A stretch of 64,000 nucleotides of DNA from Planctomycetota bacterium (GTDB lineage Bacteria; Planctomycetota; Phycisphaerae; Phycisphaerales; UBA5793), in assembly GCA_013112555.1 (NCBI GenBank), contig JABFGK010000001.1, positions 2,796,034 to 2,860,033 of the forward strand. The letters run 5' to 3'. Below are positions 46,898 to 57,600 of the stretch, piece by piece. A model generated the notes under the pieces. The model did not search any database and was not told the origin of the DNA. It saw only the letters and a list, made by a program, of their open reading frames with translations. Position numbers and translations under genes: made by a program. Position 1 is the first letter of the stretch, and each line of letters begins with the position of its first letter.

Positions 46898-48415
46898 ATG
46901 CCATTGGCTTGGTTCAATAAGAAAAAAGACGACCAGAACGGTACCGGCGATCAGCCGGGAGACGTGTCCACCCAGTCGTTTGAGGTGCAGCCCGAAAAGG
47001 CACGGGCATGGATCGAACGCGCCCAACATGCGGCCGACACGTACAACTATGAATACGCGATCGAGTGTTTTCTCCGTGGGATCAAGTTTGACCCAACCGA
47101 CGAGGAAATCCACCGGCGATTGCTCGAAGTCGCGAATCTGTATCGCCAATCACAGGGCGGGAAGCCGGCCTCGGGCAAAAAGGTCCGGGAGATGCTGGCT
47201 GACAAGCGCCCGGTTGACCGACTTGCTGCCACCGAATTGGCCTGGGTGACCGACTTCCAGAACCCGCACGCAGCAGTCAAGTTCATGCAGGTGGCCGCCG
47301 ATCTGGGGCTCGGTGAGATTGCCTACTGGGCGGCCGATCTCGGTGCTCAGGTCGCCCTGCGACACAAGAAGCGCTCCAAGAACCTGCTCGTCAGTTTTGT
47401 CAATGTTTTCGAGCAGATCGGTGCCTCGGACAAGGCCGTCGAGTACGGCGAGTTTGCACTCCAACTGGATCGATCGGATGCGCAACTTGAGGCCCGGGTG
47501 CGCAACCTGTCGGCCCAGGCCACCATGGACCGCGGCAAGTATGCTGAGAACGTCGGCGAGGAAGGCGGCTTCCGAGCCAGCGTCAAGGATATCGACAAGC
47601 AAAAAGAACTCGTGGATGACGATTCGTATGCCGTCGGCGCTGATGCTGCCGAATCCCGCCTGGGCCGGGCCAAAGCCCTGTGGGAGAGCGAGCCGGAGAA
47701 TCAGGACGCGATCGCGCGCTATGCCGACCTGCTGCGCAAAATGGGGACTGATGAGCACGATGTCGAAGCCATCAAGGTACTTCGAAGTGCGTACAAGACC
47801 ACCGGCCAGTACCGCTTCCGCATGTTGGCCGGCGACATTCACCTGACACGCGAACGACGGAAGTACCGGGCCGAGCGCGACAAGGCTGAAGAATCCGGTG
47901 ACGAGGCCCAACTCGAGCGCGTCAAGCAGATTGACTGGGCGCTGACCGAGCTGGAGGCAAAGGAATACCTCGAACGATCTGAGAAGTACCCGACCGAGCT
48001 GCGCATCAAGTATCGCCTCGGCGAACTGCTCTACAAACTCGGCAAGTACGAGGACGCCATCCCGGTCCTCCAGCAGGCTCAGGAAGATGCGCAGCATCGT
48101 GCCAGGGCACTGCACTACATGGGACTCTGCTTTGCGAAGACGGACTGGGTCGAGGAGGCCATCGAGTCACTTCGGTCGGCCGTTGAGCGGTACGAGATCA
48201 AGGACGACGACACCCACCTGACGATGCGGTACGACCTGATGGTGGCGCTGGAACGGTTTGCCCGCGAGCACGAGGCACTGGACGAGGCTGAGGAGGCCGG
48301 CAAGATTGCCTCCGGCATCGCCATGAAGCAACTCAACTTCAGGGATATCCGAGATCGACGGGCCGCCCTGCGCGACCTGGTGAAGGAACTCAAGAACCCG
48401 GCTGCCGGAACCTAA
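46898..48415 (+). CDS. TPR-repeat protein
   Basis: 505 aa, helical and repeat-like (..YEYAIECFLRGIKFDPTDEE.., ..LGKYEDAIPVLQQAQED.., ..WVEEAIESLRSAVE..). I infer no specific function. Confidence 0.75.
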   Translation: MPLAWFNKKKDDQNGTGDQPGDVSTQSFEVQPEKARAWIERAQHAADTYNYEYAIECFLRGIKFDPTDEEIHRRLLEVANLYRQSQGGKPASGKKVREMLADKRPVDRLAATELAWVTDFQNPHAAVKFMQVAADLGLGEIAYWAADLGAQVALRHKKRSKNLLVSFVNVFEQIGASDKAVEYGEFALQLDRSDAQLEARVRNLSAQATMDRGKYAENVGEEGGFRASVKDIDKQKELVDDDSYAVGADAAESRLGRAKALWESEPENQDAIARYADLLRKMGTDEHDVEAIKVLRSAYKTTGQYRFRMLAGDIHLTRERRKYRAERDKAEESGDEAQLERVKQIDWALTELEAKEYLERSEKYPTELRIKYRLGELLYKLGKYEDAIPVLQQAQEDAQHRARALHYMGLCFAKTDWVEEAIESLRSAVERYEIKDDDTHLTMRYDLMVALERFAREHEALDEAEEAGKIASGIAMKQLNFRDIRDRRAALRDLVKELKNPAAGT

Positions 48416-48454
48416 TCTGTTTCTCATCCACCGACTTCTGCGTGTGCGACCCAC

Positions 48455-49216
48455 ATGAGCGATGTGATCGCCATCATCCCGGCCCGCTATGGCTCGACCC
48501 GGTTTCCCGGCAAAGCGCTGGCCGACCGGACCGGGCGCCCATTGATTCAACATGTCTATGAGCAAGCCCGGCAGGCACGCGCGCTGTCGCAGGTGATGGT
48601 GGCTACGGACGACGTCCGGATCGAGCAGGCCGTGCGCGGATTCGGCGGGACGGCCGTCATGACGCGCCCGGACCATCCCAACGGGACATCACGGCTGGCG
48701 GAAGCGGCCGAGACCATTTCTGCTGCCTCGGGCGACCCGGTTATCGTCAATGTCCAGGGTGATGAGCCGGAGATTGAACCGGCCCATATCGATATGGCAG
48801 TCGAGGCGTTTCTTGGAAGCGAGGATGATCGCACTCGAATGGGGACACTCGCTGCCCCGTTCCAGCCTGACGAAGACCCACACAACACCAATATCGTCAA
48901 AGTCGTCCTGGATCGGCAGGGCCGGGCCTTGTACTTCTCGCGGGCGCCGATTCCGCATGTGCGTGATCCTGAGGAACATACGAGCATCGAAGTCCTGAAA
49001 CACGTTGGGCTTTATGTCTATCGCCGCTCATTTCTGGCCGAATATGCCCGATGGATACCGACCCCGCTCGAACAAGCCGAACAGTTGGAGCAGTTGCGTG
49101 TACTGGAAAACGGCTTTGCCGTCGTGGCAGCACGGGTCGAGGCCGTGCATCACGGGATTGACACCCCTGATCAATACGACGAGTTTGTCACGAGATGGAA
49201 GCAGCAACACGGGTGA
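48455..49216 (+). CDS. kdsB: 3-deoxy-manno-octulosonate cytidylyltransferase (CMP-KDO synthetase)
   Basis: MSDVIAIIPARYGSTRFPGKALADRTGRPLIQHVYE...NVQGDEPEIEP...EQLEQLRVLENG. Confidence 0.9.
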   Translation: MSDVIAIIPARYGSTRFPGKALADRTGRPLIQHVYEQARQARALSQVMVATDDVRIEQAVRGFGGTAVMTRPDHPNGTSRLAEAAETISAASGDPVIVNVQGDEPEIEPAHIDMAVEAFLGSEDDRTRMGTLAAPFQPDEDPHNTNIVKVVLDRQGRALYFSRAPIPHVRDPEEHTSIEVLKHVGLYVYRRSFLAEYARWIPTPLEQAEQLEQLRVLENGFAVVAARVEAVHHGIDTPDQYDEFVTRWKQQHG

Positions 49217-49333
49217 GGCCGGGCGGCCGCAGGCGACCTGTGCCAACGGTCTCGGGTGTTGTACCGGGGAGAGACGGGCTACACTCTCCTGCGTGCCTTC
49301 AGTTGCACGGGCAGTGAGTAACGGAGTCGGACT

Positions 49334-51175
49334 GTGAACCTGGACGGTTGGCTAACACTTGGAACGCTGGCGCTGGTCGTCGCCGGGTTGATGAGCAACC
49401 GCATCGGCCCGGACGTAGCGATGCTGGGTGGGCTGACCGTTCTCATGCTGTTGACCGGTTTGTTCCCCGGCATCAATATCGTTGACCCACCCACCGGGGT
49501 CTCGGGCTTTGCCGAGCGTGCCGTCATCATGATCGGCGCGATCTACATCGTGGCTGCCGGGTTGCAGGAGACCGGGGCGATCGAGATGATTGCCGCCGCG
49601 GTGCTCGGCCGACCCAAGAGTTTGGCAACGGCCCAACTGCGCATGATGGCGCCGGTCGCCGTCATGTCGGCCTTCATGAACACGACGGCCGTCGTGGCCA
49701 TGTACATGCCGATCGTGGCCGACTGGTCCCGCAAGATGAAGATCAGTTCCTCGCGACTGTACATGCCCCTGAGTTTCGCAGCCATCCTCGGAGGAACGTG
49801 TACGCTCATCGGCACGAGTTCAAACGTCACTATTGACGGCTTGTATCGATCGTGGCTCGCACACGAGGACAATGAGACGACGCGCAACGCATTCGGCCTC
49901 GTGGAGCCCGCCTTTTGGTGGATTGCCGTGGTCGGCGTTCCTTCGACGATTGTTGGGATCGGCTATGTCCTGCTGTGCTCGCGCTGGCTGCTGGCTGAGC
50001 GCCGGCCGGCCACCCAGGTGACGCTCGAAGACCGCAAGTACAAAGTCGAAATGCTCGTGGAGCCCGGCAGCCCGATCATCGGCAAGACGATCGAAGATGC
50101 AGGCCTGCGGCATCTGCCGGGGCTGTACCTCGCTGATATCGAGCGCGAGAACGACATCCTCCCGGCCGTCAGCCCCGACGAGCGGATTCAAGCCAATGAC
50201 CTGCTCGTCTTTGTCGGGATTGTGGAATCGGTCGTTGATCTCCGTCGGATTCGCGGGCTGGTGCCGGCCACCGAACAAGTCAAGAAAGTCGAGGGGGGCC
50301 GACGGCAGCGCACACTGGTCGAAGCCGTCGTGTCTCGTCACTCACAACTGATCGGGCGGAGCGTGCGGAACTGTCAGTTCCGGACCCGATTCAATGCGGC
50401 CATCATTGCCGTGCATCGTGGCGGGGTGATGGTGGACGGCAAGATCGGCGACATTGTGCTTCAGCCGGGCGACACGCTGCTGATGGAAACGCACCTCGGC
50501 TTTGTCAATGCCTACCGGAACAGTTCGCAGTTTTATCTCGTCTCACAGGTCGAGGGGGCTCGCGAGGTTCGTCACGAGCGTGCCTGGCTGTCATTGGCCA
50601 TCCTCGGCCTGCTCGTCGTGATGCTGGCCCTGACCCCGATCGACCGGATGGTGTCGGCCCTGGTCTGTGCCGGCCTCATGGTAGGGACACGGTGCTGCAC
50701 CGGAACGGTGGCCCGCCAGAGCATCAACTGGCAGGTTTTGATCGTCATCGGCTCTGCCATCGGGATCGGCCGGGCCCTGGACAATACTGGAATCGCCCAG
50801 ACGGTTGCCGAGGGCCTGACGCGCGTGTGCACCCCGCTCGGCCCGCATGCCCTACTGGTAGCTGTCTATTTCATGACCTCGGTCGTGGCCCAACTCGTGT
50901 CGAACAACGGGGCAGCGGTCCTGATGTTCCCGATTGCCATGGCCGTGGCCGTCGAATCCAAAGTGAACCCGGTCCCCTTCCTGATGTGCCTCATGTCCGC
51001 ATCGGCCTGCAGTTTCATCACCCCGATGGCCTACCAGACAAACTTGATGGTCTATGGGCCCGGCGGGTACAAGTTCACCGACTACTCGCTGTTCGGGGCA
51101 CCGCTGAATCTGGCTGTCGGCATCGTGGCTGTGACGCTGTCACCGTGGTTCTTCCCGTTTCACCTGACCCCATAA
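49334..51175 (+). CDS. SLC13/DASS-family anion permease with two internal TrkA-C domains
   Basis: 613 aa. Hydrophobic halves flank two TrkA-C-like segments (..VEMLVEPGSPIIGKTIEDAGLR.., ..LVEAVVSRHSQLIGRSVRNCQFR..). It uses a GTG start. Confidence 0.8.
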   Translation: MNLDGWLTLGTLALVVAGLMSNRIGPDVAMLGGLTVLMLLTGLFPGINIVDPPTGVSGFAERAVIMIGAIYIVAAGLQETGAIEMIAAAVLGRPKSLATAQLRMMAPVAVMSAFMNTTAVVAMYMPIVADWSRKMKISSSRLYMPLSFAAILGGTCTLIGTSSNVTIDGLYRSWLAHEDNETTRNAFGLVEPAFWWIAVVGVPSTIVGIGYVLLCSRWLLAERRPATQVTLEDRKYKVEMLVEPGSPIIGKTIEDAGLRHLPGLYLADIERENDILPAVSPDERIQANDLLVFVGIVESVVDLRRIRGLVPATEQVKKVEGGRRQRTLVEAVVSRHSQLIGRSVRNCQFRTRFNAAIIAVHRGGVMVDGKIGDIVLQPGDTLLMETHLGFVNAYRNSSQFYLVSQVEGAREVRHERAWLSLAILGLLVVMLALTPIDRMVSALVCAGLMVGTRCCTGTVARQSINWQVLIVIGSAIGIGRALDNTGIAQTVAEGLTRVCTPLGPHALLVAVYFMTSVVAQLVSNNGAAVLMFPIAMAVAVESKVNPVPFLMCLMSASACSFITPMAYQTNLMVYGPGGYKFTDYSLFGAPLNLAVGIVAVTLSPWFFPFHLTP

Positions 51176-51268
51176 TGGGCGTCACGGGAACCGAATCGCC
51201 CATTGAAAGAACCGGTAGAGGCCTGAACTGTGCTGAGCCGATGGCGGTATAAGCCTCGGACGGTTGTC

Positions 51269-53794
51269 ATGACGAACCGGGCAGATTCAGAGCACACCAT
51301 GCCGCAACTCACGACACACACCTCAGATTCACGGAACGCCGCCTCGGCAGTCCGGCTGCTGCTGGACAGTCTGGAAAAACGTGCGCGGGTCGGCCATTGG
51401 ATCACGACGACGGCCTGGATTATCTCGGGCGTACTCGTCCTCAGTGCTGTTTTGATCACGATCGACGCCGTCTACGCATTGGACCCGACGCGTCGGATTG
51501 CCGGTCTCGCTTTGTACCCGGTCGTCATTGGGTTCTTGTTGATGCGGGTCGGCCGGGCCACGCCGGGGTCCCACGCGCAGAGCCAGCCGGGCCGGAATCG
51601 ACGACACTTCGCACGGGCTGCGGAGGTCGCATCCGATCTGCATGGCAACGAACTGATCAATGCCGTGCTTCTGTCAGCCACCGGCGATCGCACGCGCTCC
51701 GACGGGCACCCTCATCACGTTCTGACCGCATCGCTGCTGGACCGCGCGCTGGTGCTGGGTGACCAGGCAGCCGGCGCCGTCTCGCCTCAAGAGGTCGTGC
51801 CGCGTCACGAGATGCGCACCGCGTTGCTCGCCCTCGCGGTGGTCTCGGCTATCGCCGCTCTGTTGTGTGCCCCGTTCCACCAGGCTGTCGGCATGGTCGT
51901 GCCACGATTGGCCGCCCCCTGGGCCGGGTATCCGGCCTTTACCTGGCTCGACTTCGAGATCGAAACCACACCAGGCCCGGATGACGCGCTCGTTGGTGAT
52001 GATGTCCTGATCACAGCCACCATCCGCAATACCTGCTGGTGGAACCGATCGAACATCCCGGCAGCCTCAGCCGTGCGACTTCTGCGATGGCAACCGGATC
52101 AGAGCGGGGGGGACCCGGTGTTGAGCCCGATCCCATTTGAGCCGGCACCGAGAATCGCGTCCGAAGCGCTGCCCGGCGGCGTCGGCGGCACCGGGGATCC
52201 ATCAGATGACCGGTTCTGCGTCACGTTGCACAACGTCAGACAGCCGCTGACACTGGCCGTTGACACACCGATCGGACGATCCCAGGCAGTCACACTCACG
52301 CCGCGGCCTGTTCCCAGAATCCAGTCAGCCAATGTCCGTGTGCAGGAACCTGCGTATGTCCCCGCCACCTACCGGCACACGACGGCCAACAAAGACCTGG
52401 GGCAGAGAATCAACATGTATCCCGAAGGATCGGTCCAGGTGCAGATCCGGGCAAGCATGGCGGACTGCCGGCTCGAACTGACTCGGAATCGTCCTGCATG
52501 GTCGAGCGGTCCGGACCTGGAATGGGTGCATGCACGCAGCGGGCCGGATGCGACCGATCTCACAGCCTCGTGCTGCCCGACTGAACCCGGTCACTATGAA
52601 TATCAGATCAGACTCCTCCATGAACACCGTGACTCCGGCGGGTCGTTGCGCACCGTTTCCTCACAGCCGCTGATGATGCGTCTGTCAGTGATCCCGGATC
52701 AGAAGCCGATGGCCGAGATTCTCATTCCGGACCGACCGGCCATGTGCCTGCCCGATCAGCCGGTGTCGATACGCGTTCGAGTTGCCGACGATATCGGATT
52801 GTCATCCGTCTCCGTGTCGGCCCAGCGCATACCAGCCGACCCTGAGGATGATGGGCAGCGGCACAACTATCGGTTCTCGCTTGAGCGCGCCGAAGCAGCC
52901 CTGCCGCCGGTCACACTTCATTCGTGGGATTTGGACGATCAGAATCGCCTCGGGTTTGCTGATGACTGCACACTCCGGCTGGCGGATCTGGGCGTGCAGC
53001 CGGGTGACATCGTTGCCTGCCGCGTGGTGGCACAGGATGATCACCCCGATGTCACGAGCCACACCACGGAAAGCAGACCGGCATATCTGCTGATTATTGA
53101 TCCGGCTGTCTATCAGGATCTCGTCGAGTCGGTACAAGGCAACCGGCAATCAGACGCATCGGCCGCCGCGACCGGAGATGATGCAGGGCAGGACACGACG
53201 AGCGACCCTGACTCAGATGACACGCAGACAGAGGATTCGGGTGAGACCGGCTCAGAATCCGACGCCGAACAACCCGCAGAGACACCGACCGATGGTGAAG
53301 CGGCCACCGATGGCGAGACAGCCGACGGGACTCAGCAGCAACCGGGGCAACAGGCACGCGGCGAGCAGCAGGCTTCCTCGCAGGCGGCTGGTGGACCGTC
53401 GCCTGATCTTGACGGGCTACTGGCCGGGCGTGGGTTGTACGGGCTGGATTCCTGGCCCATCCAACAGCAACAAACATCAATCCCGCCCGACACACTCCAG
53501 GAGACTCGGGAGGCAAGCGCGAACCGCGACCCGGAGCGACCGCCCCCTGCTGCCTCCCAGGCAGAAGCCGACGTACCGACTGTGACGCAAGGCGTGCTCG
53601 TGACGACCGATCCGTTGGATTCTGCGACCTGGAATCCAACGACACCGGGCCCGGAGCAGTTAACATTACTTTCACCAACGTCTGCTGCATCGCTGCGAAT
53701 GGTGCCCCTGCCATATCGCGACCTGGCATCTCGATATCTGCTCCGCTTGCTCCAGGATGAGTACGCGAGGCGCGCCGGCCGAGGAGGGCACACC
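51269..53794 (+). CDS. Large membrane-anchored protein (DUF4175-like) with an acidic low-complexity region; no in-frame stop before the next gene
   Basis: N-terminal TM pair (..WITTTAWIISGVLVLSAVLITI.., ..IAGLALYPVVIGFLLM..). An acidic T/D/E/Q-rich tract lies at about 53150-53400. The C-terminal motif ..VPLPYRDLASRYLLRLL is typical of the proteins that precede DUF4159 genes. The frame runs straight into 53795..54610. Confidence 0.6.
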
Positions 53795-54610
53795 ATGAGT
53801 AAAACCCACTGGGTTGCCGCAGCCGTGTTCCTCTCGATGGCATTGGTTGCCGGCGCACAGGATGAGACGACCACGCCGACTGTCGATCCGGCGCCGGCTC
53901 CTGCTGCTGCAGACGTGCTCGTGCAAGTGGCCCACCTTCGCTATGGGCAGCCAACAACCAGCAGCCAGTGCTTTTCGACCGGGTATCTCCAACTTCTCAA
54001 CCGCGAGAGCACGATCCGGGCAAACCCGGAACCCGTGACCGTCGATCTGTCTGATGACGTGCTGTATCAATTCCCATTTGTTGTCCTGACCGGCGAGGGA
54101 GACTTCACATTCACGGAAGATGAGATTGCAGCACTGCAACACTATCTCAACAGCGGCGGGTTCATCCTCGCATCGTCGGGGTGCTCCAACAGCAACTGGA
54201 ATCGAGCATTCCAGCGAGAGATTCCTCGATTCCTGCCTGAGTTGGCTGATACGTCAGATGAAGCAGACGACGACCAGTCGCCCGGTCAGCCGGCACAGGT
54301 GGACGGCTCGACGCCACTTGTTAACGAACTGGCCGTGTTCGGGTTCACCCCGCTGGCGCTTGATCATCCGGTGTTTCATACGGTGTTCGATATTACTTCC
54401 TTCGAAACGAAGAAGATCGAATCCACCGGGGCCGACACGAAACTGTTTGCCCTGAAACGAAACGGCCGACTGGCCATGATCTACTCACCCGAGGGCCTGA
54501 ACGATACCGGCAACGCCGGCGGTGGGTGCTGTTGTTGCGGCGGCAATGAACTACGCAATGCGAAGTACATCAACGCCAACATTCTCGCCTATGTCATGAC
54601 CGGAAACTGA
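53795..54610 (+). CDS. DUF4159 domain-containing secreted protein
   Basis: A GGAGGG Shine-Dalgarno lies 7 nt before the ATG. The signal peptide is MSKTHWVAAAVFLSMALVAGAQD. ..YQFPFVVLTGEGDFTFTEDEIAALQHYLNSGGFILAS.. and ..GGGCCCCGGNE.. are as in DUF4159. Confidence 0.75.
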   Translation: MSKTHWVAAAVFLSMALVAGAQDETTTPTVDPAPAPAAADVLVQVAHLRYGQPTTSSQCFSTGYLQLLNRESTIRANPEPVTVDLSDDVLYQFPFVVLTGEGDFTFTEDEIAALQHYLNSGGFILASSGCSNSNWNRAFQREIPRFLPELADTSDEADDDQSPGQPAQVDGSTPLVNELAVFGFTPLALDHPVFHTVFDITSFETKKIESTGADTKLFALKRNGRLAMIYSPEGLNDTGNAGGGCCCCGGNELRNAKYINANILAYVMTGN

Positions 54611-54624
54611 TTTCGGTGCGGTCA

Positions 54625-57600
54625 TTAGTGGCCCTGTTCGGACGAATCGACGCGCAAGCCGTCAACATGGAAACCGTCCGTCGAGCGGATACGACAGGCA
54701 GCACGCCAATCCCCGCCTCCCTGCGTGATCTTCAGCAGCAGTGTATTCCAGCCTTCTTTGAGGGTGGTGTTAACAACATCCTGCCCGAGTGACAGGCCAC
54801 GCATCGCGTTGTTGTTATGGATCACATCGCCATTGAGCCAGACTTTGACACCGTCATCAGACCCAAGTTCAAACCGGACTTCGCGCTCACGCTCCGACCA
54901 GACTCCGGTCTTGAGATAGATACATCGGTCGCTGCCGGGTATGAATCTGAGAAAGTCCACGATCACCCCGTCCAGGATTGCTTCCTCGGGCACCGGCTGC
55001 CAGGTGACATCGGGCCCCTCGGTTCCACCCGGCTCGGGCTTGAAGGGCACGTTGATCAGATTGCCACCACCGGTCTGATCCTTCGTATGCGGCCCGGAGT
55101 AGAGCCAGTCCGAAACATAGTCTCGACGCCGTTCGATATGGTTGACCGTCTCGCCGGCCAGCAGTCGGACTTCCTCATTGCCTGGGCATGCCCGCACGGC
55201 CTTGTTAATAACGGCCAGTGCCTGCTCGGCAAAGAGATCGCCGAATCGGCCGGCCACCCTGATCATGCAGACGGCCCCGTCGGTGCGAAGCGTCTCGCGC
55301 TGGAGGTAGGATTCAGCCACCTCGGCAGCCAACTCATGGCGCACGCCGGCCAGCCCGGCCAGCAGGGCGCGGTGTTCCTCGTCATTGACGGCAATGGGAA
55401 CCGCCCGCTTGTACAACGCCGCGTCGATCCGTGCCGAGCGCTTGCTCGGCAGTGCCAGCAGTCGCAGGTATCCTTCAAAGGCAACGGCGTGCATGTCGAG
55501 GTCGTCCGTCTTGGAGGCGATGAGGAACACCTCCTCGAGCGGGGCCGCATCCTTCCAACTGCACATCGCACGCAATGTTGACAGCCGAATTGCTGGATCA
55601 GATGACTGATTGAGCGTCGTGCGGACGGCGTCAAGCGCCTCGTCCCCGCCGAGCCAGGCACACACTTCGAGCGAGCGAATCACACAGGCCACATTGTCAG
55701 ACTCGACCTTGTCGAGTACGAGCGTGACATCCTGATCCGGGTCGGCACTCTGCGCACACAGTTGTTGCATGGTGGCAGCAGCCGTCTCGACTTCGTCAGC
55801 GTCCGCATCCAGGTCGATTCGGACGTAGCGGGCCCCCAACTCGGCGACCCGTGATGCGTCTGCCAGTTTGGCCAGTGCCGCCCAGGCGACGGTCCGGACC
55901 TTCGGCTCGGGGCGCATCAGGAGTTCGGCAATGGGCTCGGTGGCTTCGGTGACGCCGCGCCCGCCCAGCGCGCGGGCTGCCTCCATACACACGCCCGTGC
56001 TGCGGCTTTCGAGACTGTGAATCAGGACGTCCAGGGTGCGCTTCAGGTCCGAGCCGGGAAGATGCAGCAGGGCCTCTCGTGCGGCCGACACAATCGCTTC
56101 AGGCCGCTCGCCCTGGGGGCACTTGCCCGATGAAATGGCCAGCAGTGCGGGAACCGATTCAGCCCCACCCAGCGTAGAAATAGCCTGAATGCAAGCCATC
56201 AGGACCTCATCCGGGTCATCCGGGCGCAGGCTCATCATGGTGTTGTACACCGGCCCGAGGCCGCGCGGGTTGCCACGGTCAGCCAGTGCCTGAATCATTC
56301 GTACCTTCCCACCGACCGTCCAGAGACGAGACCGCAGGCTGCTGCCCAACCCTCGGGTGATCTCATCGCCGGGCATCTCGTACACGATCATCCGGGCGGC
56401 CGTGTTCTGCCACCACTCATCCGGCGAATGGTCCAGCAGACTCAAGACCGGATCGACTGCTCGGGCATCATTGCCGAAGTGCCGACACAGGCCGGTCAGG
56501 CCGGCGGCTCGAACATGCCTGGGATATGCCTTCGCGTCATACAACTGGGCAAACAACGATGCGGCGAGTTCCGGGTTGGACTGCTCGGTCTCTGTGTTTG
56601 CCAGGCGCTCAGCCAACACCAGCATGGCCTGGGCCGATGCACGCCCCATCGCACTGGACGGCGTGTCGGCGTGCGCGAAAAAAGCCGACTGAATGTACTC
56701 GACCGGCACGTTCGCCGTACCGACCTTCCCCAGCGCTCCGATCGCAGCCACACGTTCATCATCAGAGACGCCGTCGCTGATGCGGCTCAGGATGGCTCCT
56801 TGCACTGTTGAGTTGCCCCGATTCCCCATCGTGTTCAAAGTACCGATCAGTGATGCACCGCTCAGACCCGGAAGCGCTGCCGCCAGCGCCTCGTCCACAC
56901 GCGCACTCGGAATCCGATCCAGCGCGTAGCGGGCCATGTCGCTCAGTTCGTCGTCCAGAAGTTTCGTGCAGAGCAAGTCAACGGCACCATTGCCGCCGAT
57001 CACCGCGAGTTGACGACAGGCGAATCGCCTGGCATCGAGTGTCGACCCATTGGCATTCAGCAGGCCGATCAGTGCCTGTTCCATTGCCCACTGATCATCA
57101 GCAGATCCCAGCGTGGCACGCTGCACATAGCCTGCCAGGGCCGACAGCGGCTCGCGCGACTGGCCGAACTCATACTGTGCTGTTGCCGCCAGTGCCTGCT
57201 CCAGACTCATGCCGTGACCAGACGACGGCCGACCGGCTGCCTCCCATTCCGTGGAGGGCGTTGTATCCGCCGGCAGATCGCCAAGCGCAAACTGAATCCC
57301 ATCAAGGTAGTGCTGCAACACTTTGGGATTCCAGAAGATGTCGTTTCTGTGCCCAAGCGAGCAGTAGAACACACGACCGTGCCCGTATGAACGCACCCAA
57401 CTGACGGCATAGTCGCCGTCGTCGCGCTTCATGTTCCCTTTCGAAAAGTCCGTCCCGTCCGGATCAAGGCTCAGCAGAACCCGAAGATTGTCACGGGTAT
57501 ACGGATCGCGGAACTGGTAGATTTCGTCTGCCACGACAAGCGGGTCGCCCTGAAATGCTGCATTGAGCGGGTGGTCGGGGTCGTCGAGTTTGAGCGTGAT

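Noticed and set aside
53094-53957. The 287-aa minus-strand ORF and the 53097..53585 (+) ORF within the acidic low-complexity region.
   Set aside because: Low-complexity coding sequence leaves the alternative frames open, and those frames translate to Arg/Pro/Ser-rich sequence with no features.
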